Assembly: GCF_037042905.1 (NCBI RefSeq)
Contig: NC_087251.1
Span: 26,786,001-26,850,000, forward strand
Length of the DNA stretch: 64,000 nt
Direction: 5' to 3'
DNA from: Lytechinus pictus
Taxonomy: Eukaryota
Part shown: piece after piece, positions 13,207 to 27,747 of the stretch
How the letters are laid out: each line of letters starts with the position of its first letter
How positions within the stretch are numbered: position 1 is the first letter of the stretch
Program-made: the position numbers and the translations under genes
The notes under the pieces: model-generated
What the model was told of the DNA's origin: nothing
Database searches by the model: none
Seen by the model: only the letters and a program-made list of their open reading frames with translations

Positions 13207-15785
13207 GTGAAGTGTATGCTCACATCGTTATTTTGTATTCATTATGTATTATGACTACAATGTTTATAGTATGGATTATTTTGTATATTGCATATGTAAA
13301 AACATTTATGTATTGTATTATTTTGAACCGCAAGAATTAGAAGCAAAATAAAACAAACAAGCAATCAAAATATAAAATATTTCACAACTGAATTTCTCGA
13401 TTTCAAGAAACAGTTCACACTTTCACTGCCTGACGGAAATCAATATAGATTTCAACCACATAAATCGAACGGATGTAAAAATCAAACAAAAAGGTCGAGC
13501 GACTGCAGTGCAATAGCTAAAGTTATTATGCAGTATAAACTTTGCATGCAACTACAATAACTACCTCTAGTAAAATTCTAATCATGATGGATATTGCTAG
13601 TCTCAAGCTACTTACTCTATTTTCTTGGTCCTATTTCATCATTCCAAATAAACCTCGCACTCCAATCGATGAAAGTTTGGTATCCTTTTTTTGAAAGACG
13701 ACGCCCCCATAACAGACCATTACAGTGCAATTTGATACAGTATGGAGACAACACTCTGCGTGATGATAATCATGTAACACGTTCGACTCTTCTGCACTAA
13801 GAGCGTCACTCGCCAAGTTTAATGCACACACAAAGTATTACCCCCACCTCTTCCCCCACCTTGGGTGTCTCAATAAACGTTTCACTACTGGAATATTTTG
13901 GCACGGTATAGTTTGATCTTCAGTTTTTTCTGTTTGATTCGTCATAAAGGCGACACATTACCGGATATTTGTGCCACCTTCCCTGTGATAAATTGTTGTT
14001 TCCACTATGTCCACGATTTAAGTATTTTTGGATACATGGTCATTCAAGAAAAGGAATAAACGTCAACCTCATCACACAATGTGACAACGGCTTCACGCTC
14101 TTGCTTTGGTCTCTTAAATACCAACGTAACTATTTAACTAGCACCCCGATGACTTCAATCGCGGAGGGTCAACTAAAAAAGACACAAGGTTACATGTTTA
14201 TTACGTAATCTAAATATGAAACGCACGTTGTACAATGAATAGAAGCGTATTACTACATAATGGTTTATTTCGAGGGGGATAACAAAGACAAAAAGAGGAA
14301 TAAAAAGGGGAAAGGAAAGAGTATAAATTGGAGAGGTCTGAATCGTGTAAATTTATCATGTCGATATTCACAATGAAAATGACGTAATGTTTTGGTTTTC
14401 TTGCCCCACCCCCTCCCCCACCCCATCCCCATTCCACTTCTATCAAAATGCCCTTGTGCCACCCCTGTTTATACTGGGTAGACAAACGAGAGATACAGAA
14501 ACGAAAACAGGAGGGTGGATATCAAAGCCCCATCTTTATTGCGTCGGTTTTGTTTTTGTGCCGAGTCTGGACCATCCCATTGAAACGCAGGTGGCACGGA
14601 TCCAGATCAGGCAAGCACTCAAATATGACAATTCCTTACTCATCCCTTTATACCTGACTCAACAGGTCACAGCCGAACATTCCTTCTATCTTTCCGGAGG
14701 CCTCCTCGTAACCCGAGTGTACATGCCGAGTGGGAATCCAGCCATCAACACGCAATCTTGCACAGGGGCGGCCAAAACGGGGTATCGAGGGATGGCGCCC
14801 CTACCCGCTTCTCTTCTCGGAAATACTGGGCATACGTCATGCTTTGTTTACCAATATAAACAAATTTACATTTTTATAAACTTACGTGAGCTTAATAAAA
14901 AATAGGAAATTTTTACTATCTTATCAGTAAAATATCAGACGCCACCAGTTCCCTTTTAATATATTCCAGGTATGCCCTCAATTGTTGTGGTAAGAGCCAA
15001 CTATTCTTTCGTCCCCGAACGATCACTTGCTCTGTGCACAAACTTTCTTCATAAGCATGACTTTAAGTTGAATTAGAATTTAAAAGGATATGAGATCAGA
15101 TTTTCGGATTTTTTTTTTTTTTTTTTTTGGGGGGGGGATTTGTATTCAGATATCAACATCTTCTGAGATGTGGGGGATTTTGAGACAACATATGAGGAGT
15201 GTTCTTTCATTTATTCCTTTTTTACAGAATGTATGTTTTCGTGAAAACTCAATAAAACAAGAAAATCATCAGAAAATTCAGTAGAAAAAAGAAAAACAGG
15301 ACACAAACAGTAAAAAATATAAACTGGCTGTTTCACATCACATGATGCAGCTACAAATGAATTTGACCATTTCAACTTCTTGACTGTTCCCTTTAAATGA
15401 TGTAATGATAATTACGTAATGATGTTTCAATCTCAGCGAGGTGACAGCATCGTCATCCCACCCAATCCCGGACGATATAAACAGCTGGTCAAAGACTGCG
15501 TCGAGAAAGTTATTCCTCGCAAGAAAATAAGTCTTTTGTCACTCATCTAATTACTTCGTTTACATTAAAGTAATTTTCCCCTAATCATATACATTTCAAT
15601 GTAATAAGGGTATCACAAAATCATGTTATGAATATTTCATGAATATTCAGTTATAGATGTCTCAATATTGATATAATTCAAAACTTCCCTATTCTCGTTT
15701 TTAACTATCCATCTGAAATAATGACGTGCCATCAAGTCGAGGTTTTTCAAAATCACTATCACGAGAGGGGGATTGTATGTTCGAG

Positions 15786-15818
15786 CATGGACCTACTACT
15801 ATGAGAAATAGGTCCATG
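15786..15818. mobile_element. 33-bp P-element-like micro-element/excision footprint
   Basis: CATGGACCTA-CTACTATGAGAAA-TAGGTCCATG flanked by exact 7-bp TSD GTTCGAG (15779-15785, 15819-15825). Confidence 0.75.
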
Positions 15819-16119
15819 GTTCGAGTGATTAGCTTTATTACTCTGACTATGCGATAAAAAGGCAGATAGGAGCAGAGATATCAAGACAGAGAAATGAAGA
15901 TATTTTGTGAAAAGGCAACAACGAAAGGACCGGGATAGAATAAGAACGAGAAGTGGAAGAGAAGTTGTGGAATGAGGGGGTATATGAGTGTGTGTGTTTA
16001 AGTATGCTCACGTGGCAACAGAGAGATAGAGAGAGAGAGATACAGACAGACAGAGAGAGAGGAAGAGAGATGGAGAGAGGGGGAGATATAATGGGGTGTG
16101 ATGAAGTGATACCTTGGCA

Positions 16120-16195
16120 GCAATGGGCCTGACTACACGCGAAAATCCGGGGCTCGATTCCCGACACAGCACGTCTGCCCTTGAGCAAGGCATTA
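16120..16195 (+). mobile_element. Degenerate SINE head fragment
   Basis: B-box-like GGCTCGATTCCC followed by CCCTTGAGCAAGGCA core motif. Confidence 0.5.
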
Positions 16196-16845
16196 CATAT
16201 TATATTAAATCAATTATTACTTTTTATTAACTATACATCAAATAAATGAAAATTCTACAAGCAGTTTTGATACCAACGCGTGTACGTGTTTTATTTCTAT
16301 TTGTCAAACAACAACAAAGGGGGTATAGATAGTGAAATAGATCGACAAACAGACCGGCAGACAGAAACAAAAAATGGGGCAAGACAATCAGATGAAATAG
16401 ACGGTTGAAAGATATATATTAGCTCTTCGATCCAAAATGAGGATTTTGCTTCAAAAAGCAGAAGGTACCCGCGGCCAATAAAATGTCACTAGATCATACT
16501 CTGTTATTTGACGGGAAGTTGACCCATTTGATTGTCAAGTTGGGAATATCACATTCTACCCCTCTGGACATATTTCACGGGAACACTGAACAACAACAAT
16601 CTTGGATAACATATGCGTCTGGGAAAAAAAAACACGAGGATATTGTAGTAAGGAGAGTGGAGAATCGTAGAAAATCATGATTTTTTTGTTGTTTGAAGGT
16701 GAAGGGTGAAGAGCTTTTCAGTTTTTAAACTGAATAGCTGTTCACCTTTAAAACAAATTAATGTTCGTTGGCGTAGCTCATAGGGCACGGGGCGCTTGCC
16801 CTATAAAGTCAACATATTGTATGGTATTCTGATAATAAATCCCAG

Positions 16846-16993
16846 GGCTCCGTAACATAAAGATTAGCGCTAATTTGAAAGAACAATTCTGATTGGTTCC
16901 TAGTCAGTCTACGGAGCAAAATGCGCATGCAACGATAATCTTGATAGGCTATTTCAATTAGCGATTAATCGCTAACCTTTGTATTGCTGGGCT
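16846..16993. mobile_element. Degenerate short MITE (PIF/Harbinger-like)
   Basis: Imperfect TIR GGCTCCGTAACATAAAGATTAGCG / CGCTAACCTTTGTATTGCTGGGC, preceded by CAG. Confidence 0.5.
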
Positions 16994-17309
16994 TCATTAT
17001 ATTTCTTCCATATTCATGACAATTACAATATAGATCTAGATTTGTCAATAAATTCGTTAAAATTCACAATGTTTTTGTACTTTCTTTATCGGTTAATTTT
17101 TTGACAACTTTTTGCAGCAGGATAAAGGAATAATTTTTAATTGGTGGATGTTGACAACTGTCACTCCATTAAAGTGCGGTCTAAGTACTACCACCCCTTA
17201 ATTCGGTATTTTGTCCACTCGTAATCATCAATGCCACCCCCTTCTCTCCCGATAACGAACACATCTAAAAGGAGATTTGGAAAGAGAGAGAGAGGGAGAG
17301 AAGATTTAA

Positions 17310-17903
17310 AGGTCAAGTCCACCCCAGAAAAAAGTTGATTTAAATAAATAGAGAAAAATCAAACATGAATAACGCTGAAAACTTCATCAAAATCGGATGT
17401 AAAATAAGAAAGTTATGACATTCTAAAGTTCCGCTTATTTTTCACAAAACTGTTCTATGCTCAACTCAGTGATATGCAAATGAGAGAGTCGATGATGTCA
17501 CTCACTCATTATTTCTTTTGTTTTTTATTGTTTGAATTATACAATATTTCAATTTTTACGAATTTGACAATTAGGACCCTCTTGCTTGAACCACAAAATG
17601 TTAAAATAATGGAATTCCATGTGTTCAGGGAGGAATGAAACTTTGTTTCACATGACAGTGACGAGAAAATCAAATATTTCATATAATAAAATACAAAAGA
17701 AATAGTGAGTGGGTGATGTCATCGGTTCCCTCATTTGCATACCGAACAGGATGAGCATATAACTGTTTTGTGAAATTAAGCAAAACTTTAAAATGTCATA
17801 ACTTTCTTATTTTACATCAATTTTGATGAAATTTTCAGTGTTATGCTTGTTTTGTTTTTCTCTTTCTATTCAAATCAGCTTTTTGTTGGGGTGGACTTGT
17901 CCT
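17310..17903. mobile_element. Intact Kolobok-like MITE (594 bp)
   Basis: TTAA|AGGTCAAGTCCACCCC ... GGGGTGGACTTGTCCT|TTAA; imperfect inverted arms >200 bp; TTAA TSD with purine-purine termini. Confidence 0.88.
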
Positions 17904-20900
17904 TTAAGAAACAACCAGACCAAATGTGATTTTCTCCACTGACGTGATGATTTTGGCTGTTTGAAACCGATGAATGTAAACATAAGGAATTAATTCCCCT
18001 TTTCACTCTCTCTCTCTCTCTCTTTCTCTCTCACTCTCTGTGAAAAAATACAACTGCATGATTTTTTTCCTTCTTAACTCGGAAATCCATTTAAAGAACC
18101 CTTTGCAACCTGAGCTAAGATGACTCATGGCTTTACAGGGTCCCCTAGGAACCAGTTAGTGAGCCCCTTTCAGACATTTATGCTCTCATTATCAAGTTTA
18201 AGTGTTGAAGGGGGCTGGTGAAAGCTGTGTAAAAAAAAAGTAATGTGATTAATGCGAAAAGAGAGACAAATTTACATTTTTTCGCACAAATACATTTGTC
18301 TGTTTTTATGTAGGTCACGAGAAATGTTTCTCTCGTTCTTTCTTTCCTTCTCTCACTCCTATTCTATCTATCTATCTATCTATCTAATCTATATTTCCTT
18401 CTTTTTATCTCATTTTCTTTACTCATTTATTCATCTATCTCTTTAATCATTTATATATATATATATGCGTGTATATATTTATACCTTTTTATGAATTGAT
18501 GTAATCATATTTTATTAAGAATAGTGAAATTTACATGATGATCGTAATTCCGTACTAACTAATTTGAATAACACAAACACAAAAGTGTGAAACTAGCAGT
18601 AGACGTAGAAGTAGAAGTAGAAGTAGAAGAAGTAGAAGTTTGTCAACAAACATTGTGAATACTAATATTCCTATGGTTGAGCTTCTCGCTGTTTTATTTT
18701 GTTTCCTTACATTACATCCAGTACATTTATTTGAATCTATTTAGTTATTGTATTGAATTTATTAACGAACTTCATTCATATGGCATTAATATTTTGTTTT
18801 AAAATATATACAATGATAACATTTAGATACTCTTTGTGTTTACCTTGTTTTTAATTCATCTATTAATTTAGTTGTGAATTGATTAATAGATTAATTTATT
18901 AATTGTATTTATCAATTCGCTTCTAGGTTTTTAACACGCCTACAGCATCATTTATTTGTTTCCTTTAATATATATTGGGTTAAAGTGCTTTTTACACATA
19001 GATTGTACATTTATTGATATTTTCGCATTTCCCCTTTATGCAATTCTTTAAAAAATCTTTAAAAAAAATCTTTTTAAAATATCTTTTAAAAAAATCTATA
19101 AAAAATATTCTTTTTCATTAATTAATTTGACATTATCATTCTTACATTTATATCAATAACTTTGATTCTTTTACTAATTTCATATATTTTTGTGGGAGGG
19201 GGGTTGTCAATTAAAATCACTTAGTGTTTGCATGCAGGGAAACTCACAAAGAACATGCACATCACTTATTGCAGTCGTATTTAAATTCATTAACCGCTGA
19301 ATCCATGTATTATTTACGAGGAAGATTCCAAGAAGAGTGTGATCAGTATTTCAGCTGCAGCATCTCCTTCGGTTTGAGTTTACAAACGCTGGAGGCCTCG
19401 TGGTCTGTTTCACAGAACCGTTGTTCGTCGTATAGGTTCATTTGGTGTATATGTAGTGTTTCCAAACTTTCTTTATTTACGACAGTTTCCAAGAAACCAG
19501 GACCTCGATAGCAATCGTGATTGTTGATCGATTATTTGATTAATTGATTGATTTATTGGTTTGTCATTTGTCATATGGTAATTAAAGAATTATTGGGTGA
19601 TTGATTGAATTTTTCATTTATTAATTGGTTAATTGGACATAAATTATAATTGATTAATTAGCTCATTGATTTCATTCAGTTTATGTCAAAGAATTCAATA
19701 TATTGACAAATAAAAACAATCGATTCCAAAATGATTGATGACTGGTTGAGTGATTGATTATAATTGATTGAGTGGTCGATTGATAGATTGACTGATTATA
19801 TACATATGAAGAAAGACGTGTACGTTACCCTTTCTTTCCCTCTATTTCTTCTGTAGGACATTCATGATATGAGGTGGAAGGTGTCATCTTTACTGAAGTA
19901 TCTCTTCGATGCCCCTCTTTGATGGCTCATCGGCACATTCAAATAGGTGAAACAACGTTCAAGGAATCATGATTCACTCTCTTATCTTTCACCGCTCTGT
20001 TTTGGAGCCACACGCTGTGAACTGTAGCTGTAAATTACTTAATTTTATTCTGGCAATCCGTTGTCCTGTTTTCAACACAGCATGCATAATCATAAAGAGA
20101 ATGAAGTTGTGAATGTGATTTTAAAGGTAGGACCCAGGATTTGGAATAGCCCCAGATTCATCGAATGGATTTAGAGAAAATGGTTTGATTCCAAGGCAGA
20201 ATATGGAATCAGAAGACAGGGCATTTTGAATAAATTAGAAAGAAAACAATGTCGGAGATGAGCCGTCTACTTTCCAACTGACCTTCCAGCTAAACTGCTA
20301 AATGGCTGGGTTTGATGTTACTCGCCCTTTTCTGCTATGAAGTTCAGTCTGGTCTTCGCTGCTGCAACGTCGTATGAATATTCCAATTATATGACCATTA
20401 AATGTGTCCTTGATTTTCGATTTTTTTTTGGTCATCTTTGATTTTAATGTATATATACCTTTGATATAAAAGAGGCCAAAAAAGAAATTCAATAAAATTG
20501 CCACGATAACATGAGCAGCATTTTCACAAATTGAAACTCCCTTTTGAACAGGTCGTTTTTCTAACTATAGTTATGCTCCATTCCTGTCGAAGTTTGACTA
20601 AATGGAACGGGACCTTAAGAAACGAAGATCCGAAATTTTCATTTTTCGAAACGAAGATACTTCAAAAAGATATGATAAATAGATCCAGGTTCCGTCCTCC
20701 TATTTGTGACCGGTATAAAATCATTTTAAAATGAGAAACCTTGAAGAAGACGTGACAGATTAACAGAGGGCTGACTCACACCACTATCATCTTGAGGAAA
20801 AAGAATTGCCTGTTCAAACTATGCCTTGTGTTGTTTCAGATATAATAATGAACAGATGATGAGATGAGGTTTGACAGGAGAATTAAGTAATAACATTGGA

Positions 20901-21621
20901 TTTCAATAATTCCACTCATGCCTTTTGTTTCGGAGGTAGCATTGCGAACGTTTTCATTTAAAGATTTTTTTTAATTTGATTTTATTTATTTATTTTTTCT
21001 TCAAATTCGTAACACATTTTTCATATTTATCATCATACTTTTCATTACACTGCTGGCCAAGACTGTATCACCCCCTCCCCCGAATAAAGGGCAAGGCATT
21101 TGGGAACTTTACGGAGAAATATTTTAAAGTCAAAGAGAAACATGCACGAAATAAACCATGTACGAAAGCTTGGTGGTTTTTATCAGTATTAGGATGGGCA
21201 CGAGTAAGGGGCACTGCATATGGGTCTGCAACACAAACTATTAGCGATTGATCATAGGCCGATATTTAAGATTGATTGCACTGACCGATGAGAGATGTCA
21301 ATCCTGCAAATGTCAATGTCTTTGATTCGTGTAACGGGTCCCTGGTGTGGATCCACCACTGACGTAAAACCACTGACCTGGGGGTGAAAAAGCCCCCTGA
21401 TAGTGATGCAACAGGTTATTGTCATTCTACAAAGCACATAACTCAGCCGATATGTCTTTGTGTATTCAACTAAATATTGCGTCATTTTAATACCAAACGA
21501 TAAATCCCTTGAAGAACGGCTCCCAAGAGTACTCCCCAGAGGAAATGTCTCCCAGGGGACCTTCTAGGAGTTTCCATGGGTGGGGCTGACCACGAACCAT
21601 TTTTCCTTCTATTTCTTTTTC

Positions 21622-21862
21622 TACTGCTACTTTTACTTCTACTGTTATTCACTAGTTCTTCTGCTTCTATGTCCACTAGTACTGCTACTAATATTGCTAC
21701 TTCAACTGCTACTTCTAGTGCTACTTCTACTTCTACTGCTACTTCTAGTTCTAATACTACTTCTACTAGTAGGCCCTATTTCTATTGCTACTTAGACCTC
21801 TACCTCTACTGCTACTTATTCTACTTCTACTTCTACTTATACGTCTACTGCTACTTCTACGT

Positions 21863-21932
<70 letters not shown>

Positions 21933-22146
21933 TGCTGCTGCTGCTGCTACTTCTAAACCTGCTACTGATACTGCTACTTGTAAGTCTACTTTTTCGTATA
22001 CTGATACTTCTACGTCTACTGCTACTTCTACTTCCACTTCTACGTCCACTAGTTCTGCTGCTACTTCTTTTTCTTTTTCGTCTTCTTCTTCTCTTCTTCT
22101 ACGTCTACTGCTACTGCTAGTTTTTCTTTTATTACTACTTCTACTC
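21622..22146. repeat. Degenerate (TAC/TTC/TGC)n trinucleotide microsatellite
   Basis: Pure TAC core 21862-21927 within degenerate triplet tract; explains overlapping low-complexity ORFs. Confidence 0.95.
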
Positions 22147-25100
22147 CCCTCTTGTATAGATTTGATTATATGAGTCAAATAAACACATAATTATAAATAG
22201 ATGTTTGTACAGTATGTTGCGCTTGACTTAAAAATACTAATTGGGATATGATCATCTGCTAAATCAGAATCTCAATCACTTTTTTTTGCATAAGCTAAAG
22301 GTGAAATTCGTTGTTTTTTTAAGATTAAAAATGGCCAACATTAGCAATCATCTGAATGGAAAATTATATAGATAATTCCTTAAAAATCTGATTACTGTTT
22401 GTGGAGAGTTACTCTTCCACTATGTAAAGAAAATGAAAGTTTGAGGCATCTTGGCATAACTTACGAACACGTTGATGAAACACCACCCCAGATTTATTTG
22501 CCCCTAGTATTTCTTACAGGAGTGAAGGTCGAGGGATGATCCATCCGTCACTGTATGTCATCATTTATCATGTACCATCCTGTTAACATTCGTCATGGGA
22601 ATATCATATGCATACCTGTGCCGAAAGAATGTCTTTTGCGGCAATGTTTTCGTTATTTCTGCAGATACACTCTTTCACAGCATTACTGCTCTTGCTCCCC
22701 TTCTTCATATGTCGTTTAACCTTTGCTTGTATTGCATGAACATTAAAATTCAATTGTAGATTTCAAATACGGCAATGATTTTGAAAAAAAATATCAAGTT
22801 CATCTTGGAGTTATTTTCCCTTCATATTACCACTTGTTTCCAACACCATTCTTTGTATCTATAAAAGTTTGATTTGCCACCAATTAAAAAATAGAGCATT
22901 TGATCAAAATAAGCGAAACATTTGCAACAACTAAAGAGATTTGAGGCAACGATCACTCATCCTTTCCTTCCCCCAAATATTGGACCTGAAATCATCTTAC
23001 AATAGTTTGAACAAAAGTGTACTTTAACATATATCTGCAACCTATCATTTTCAAGGTTAATATTTTTAGTATTCATCTTTCTTTCTATTTACACACATAA
23101 CTCCGGTCTTCCATTGTTTCATGTTGCATCACGGGATATCCCAATAGTCCTTTAATCTCTGTTAATCTAATTAAGTTTGGCTTGAGTACCTGCCAAGTTT
23201 GTATCAATGTACTGCAAACACCGACCGCGTGGCTCGTGTATAATGTTGACGCCAGGCGGCCTGAAGTTATAGCAGTCGCTCATTTGCCAAACGAAACATG
23301 AGAACATGATCACGTCTGATCTCATTTTAGCTTTTGAAACCTGTGGTTTAAAGGCGCAAAGTAGCGGCCCAACATCATGATTGTTGCGGATTCGGCTCCG
23401 TTCAGGTTACCCGCTATAACAGGTGTCGTCAATATCCGTCATTATACTGCCCAGTTTGAAACACATAAACAACAGATTTATGTAATCGTACCTTCCAACT
23501 CATACATTGTCACTGCTGCCCAGGAATTAAGATTTTTCTTGTTTACATCTTTGTCACTGGCGTAAAGATGAGGGGACATGGGCACGATGGACCCCCCCCC
23601 CTCCAAAAAAAAAAAAAAAAAAAAAGTTTCACGACTAAGAAAAAAAAAGTTTCACGACTAAGAAAAAAAAAGAGAAAGGGAAAGAGAAGGAGTGGAATAG
23701 GCTATTATTTTCTGAATGCTATGTCAAATTTTGCATGCTCGCTACGCTCGCTCTCAGCTTTTGAGGAATTTCCCACCATGCCACGTCTGGCTCCCTTAAT
23801 CACTCTACGGATTCGTGTATTAAATGATTAAATAAAACATTACGATAATCATAGTACTAGATGAATTACATGTAATACACTTTCTAACCTCACAGAACAT
23901 GCAGCAAATTATTTCAATGATTATGAATCTGTTTTCCGTGACTACATGCACATAGTAATCCCTCATATAAGATTTTAATTCATTTTTGACTCAGTAACGA
24001 GGAATATTGCACGCATTCCATGGGGCACTTGTTAGGAAACTTGTGTCAATGCACTTTAAAATCATGTAAATTGTGCTCTTTTAGAAGCTAGGAGGGGACA
24101 CGAAAGTTACCGTTATAAAAAAAAACACCTCAAAGTAAAACTTTATTTTATTATAAGAAGAATTATTTCATTATGACTAGAAAATGAGTAGGGGAGAGGG
24201 TTGGATGGTAACATCTATATGGAAATATCGATTATTTGGATGAATTTTCATGCAGAAGACATAGCATATTTAAGAAAATGCAATCATCCGTCTAATTTGA
24301 ATCTATTACAATTTGATATTAATATTAACATGGGTGTAGATATGCACGTTCCCACTCCTGACTCACATGGACAGTGCATTTACAACAGGATATTAATAAT
24401 GGTTTATTGGGCTGTGCATCAGATGAACTTCACATTAATGAGTCCCTTAAAGCTTAGTCACAGTGAGAACATACTTAAGATGATAATGACTCGTTAGCCA
24501 AGTATTCGGGTTCACTTGAAATCGGGGTCGAGCAGCAATATTGCAAATCGATTACGAAACCCACCGGTCTCAAGCTGTGCTTTCTGATCATCACCGTCTG
24601 TATATACAGCTTAGTGCAATAAAATCCTTATTACATGAAAGTTGGAAAAGGGTAATCTACAAAATGAGGGGGGTGGTCTTCATTAAAAAAAGTAAGCATT
24701 CGGAATATTCATGTTGGCGAAGAAGACAGCTTTGGAGAGAGGAAAAAATGGCAGAAATTTTACTAGAATTTGCAATGCAAATGAACAAGTTTACGATTTT
24801 GTTCATGTGATTAATTTCTTCCATACCATCGAATGAAAGATCTTTGAGCAACAAATCACCTTTATGCATTAGCGAGTCATCCCTAGCTTAAAATGGCATA
24901 TTCTTTTTGTGATTGTTTCATTTAGTTGTTGATTTACTTATCAATTGATTCAATAATTGGATTTAGACATTTATTCACCCATTTATTTGTTTATTTTGTG
25001 GTTGTTAGGGAGTTCTACTGGTTGAACAGAAGAGTGGTAAAGGTTTGACAAATCTTAATAGGCCCCATTGATTTTAACTTCAAAACTTTATTACTGAGAT

Positions 25101-27334
25101 ATATCAAATGCTCAAATATACAATTTACAAAATGAATATAACCATGCGCACACACATGATACTCAATGATAGATGAGTTAAACTGTCTTTTACGACTTTA
25201 TTGACGGCGAGCAATGATCCTTGCTTGTAAATACACGTGTTATAATAATGTGATAGGATAAAAATTACTGTGATAAAACAAAATGACAGGCCTATTTATA
25301 GCTAGCATCATTAAGTGATTAATTACCGCAAATTTTCTCATTTACGTATAGGTCAATGTTTTGTCATGGCATAAGGTGTGAAGATGATGTTAAGCGTTAT
25401 AGCAGGATTATAAGGACTGTGTTTTTGTTAATGTGACTCTTAAAAAGTGATATTAAGAATGGGAAAGTTTGGGATCAGGAAATGTTTGGATGCATGCTGA
25501 TTTTTTTATACGGGGATGCTGGGGAAAGCTTTTGTAACAGTTTTCTAGGATAAAAATTATATGAATATATATATATATATATATATATATCACTGCAATA
25601 TATTCCATCTCTTTAATGTGGTAACATTGATAGTGAGATTGTGGTGTAGTTCCCGCATGCATACCGATGACTATATCATGCTACGGATTCCTATCGAAAT
25701 TCAAACGTTACATGATGATAGCTCAACACATGCAGGGTATCAGTAATATCTGAAAGATGATACGTAAGTGGCATCAGGGTTCTTGTCCCCCCACCCCCCA
25801 AAAAAAACATTGCACTAAGAATAGCTCTTTATTTTTATTTCCATTGAGGACGAACGCCCCTCCCCCGCCCGCCCGTCCGGACAAAATATCATCCTCTGGA
25901 ACCACATCTCGATCGGATTGGATGACAATCTCTAAGACGTAAGATGAGCCATCTATCAACCAGGGTATGATGTATCCTTACAATGTTGTTGTTTCCATCG
26001 GTGTGTTTACACCGTCACCAAGACACCGTGGCAGTCTAGCCCAGTATTATGATTGGCAACATGTCATCGGTTGTGTTGTGGTATAGGGATGGGGTTGCAT
26101 TTGACAGTAAGCACCCCCCCCCCCCCTCCTCTCCTCCTGCCTCGGGCATGGGAAGAACCAGTCAGATTGACAGTCAAAGGAATTTCTATGTGGAAAGGTT
26201 CGTTCGTGTTTTGGTTTGGAAAGACCAGAGGAATGGGGCGATGCCCCTCCCCCCGCCATCCTAATTAAAGATTTGGGTGTTTTCTAATAAGGGCACGTAT
26301 ACCACGTATACTTGCTGGGATATTTTTAGTCATGACAGACCTATTAAAGTCAATTCAAGTGACTGAATTCTAACGAGCATAGTTGGTCTTGCGTTCGGGT
26401 TCCTGGTTTGTGTGGAGTTAGAGAAGTTCCTAATTAGGGAATATGAGCGCTACTATTTTGATAGAAAACATATCGAGTCTTTCAATCATCAGTTTGAAAA
26501 TGTTTAAGTGACAATATCACACTCGAACTACTGAACATTTGGCGTTGGACGTTGCAGTGGCGTTCTCAAACGCTATTAGCGTAGCAACTACATAATATAA
26601 AACACATTCATTCCGGACCCCCCTAAATTTTATTTGAATTTCGCTTCTCCCATATTGATTTCAAGCCCATCTGGAACACGGGTCCGCTGCCTGCTGGAAA
26701 GTCAAAAGGAAGCCTCGAAAATTCGTTTGACTCCCAAATCAGGACAAGTGCTCTCTGTCAGATTGGTGGTAATACGAGTGCAATCAAATCTGATTACATT
26801 GAAACCAAAGGCGTTTATTTCGGAAGGGGGGGGGGGGTAGGCCTATTGATCTAGGTTGGCCAATACAAAAAACATTAATCTGTTAATATAAAATTCAGAG
26901 GGAACGGGAAGAAACATCATTTTGAAAAAAAAAGTAAAATGTCCTGTTGATCATTTAAAAAAATGTACATTATCAATCTGATAATAATAAAATAAAAATT
27001 AATCCTAGTTCTGATAATTTGTTTAAAAATATTCGAAATTCAACAAAATATTCATATAAATGAAATTCTTCAGTTGTCATGTAGGGAGTAGTACATATTG
27101 AACTATGCTCAGCTACCTTAAAATTAAATGTGAAATAATGAATTGCAGTTAAAAGAAACGCATGGAGATGGATGGGATTATTCCACTGCTTGTACGCTAT
27201 TAATTTCTCCAGCCACACTAAATTTCTTTAAATCTTTAAAAATCTTAAAATCCATATTTTATTGTTCGAAATAGACACCAGAAATAAAATACTCCGAAAA
27301 TTTGTTTTGCCCAATTGATCGTGGGCCCGGCAGC

Positions 27335-27496
27335 CGCTGTGCAGCGCCAGGTCGACGAGGCTCTATCCCTTTAACGCCAAACAGGGTAGCAGCAACTCCC
27401 ATCTTTTAACGTCTTTTGGTCTGACGCGGCCGGAGTTTGAACCCCGACCTCCCAGTTGTGAGACGGACGCTCTGCCAACTGAGCCAACACACCGTG
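27335..27496 (-). mobile_element. tRNA-derived SINE, second family (Meta-domain-like)
   Basis: Minus: TGGCTCAGTTGG A box, GGTTCAAACTCC B box, then GTCAGACCAAAAGACGTTAAAAGATGGGAGTTGCTGCTACCCTG, recalling the MetaSINE central domain (from memory, unverified). Confidence 0.75.
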
Positions 27497-27747
27497 ACAT
27501 ATTGTTCCATTTGATTATGCAAGATGTCAAATATATTGCTATGTTATTCAATAAATCAAAGTCTACTATGCATATTGCATTTACTGCCCTCCTGTAGTTA
27601 TTTATGACGTCGACATTTTAAACCCAACGAAAGTAATTTAAAACACAATAGTGAGGTGGTATCGTACACGGTTGGGTTCAACGAAATATCATTTACTTAA
27701 CTTGTGATTAGGCGTAATGACGATGAAAAAGAAGAAAAAGATATATA

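Noticed and set aside
14387..14905. 172-aa ORF
   Set aside because: No recognisable motif; runs from a C-rich tract into a MITE-like end near 14762.
20150..20820. Coding-looking purine-rich stretch
   Set aside because: Stops in all frames examined and no recognisable motif; at most a decayed repeat.
21576..22178. Overlapping poly-L/Y/V/S-T ORFs
   Set aside because: Trinucleotide microsatellite; no splice context or domain.
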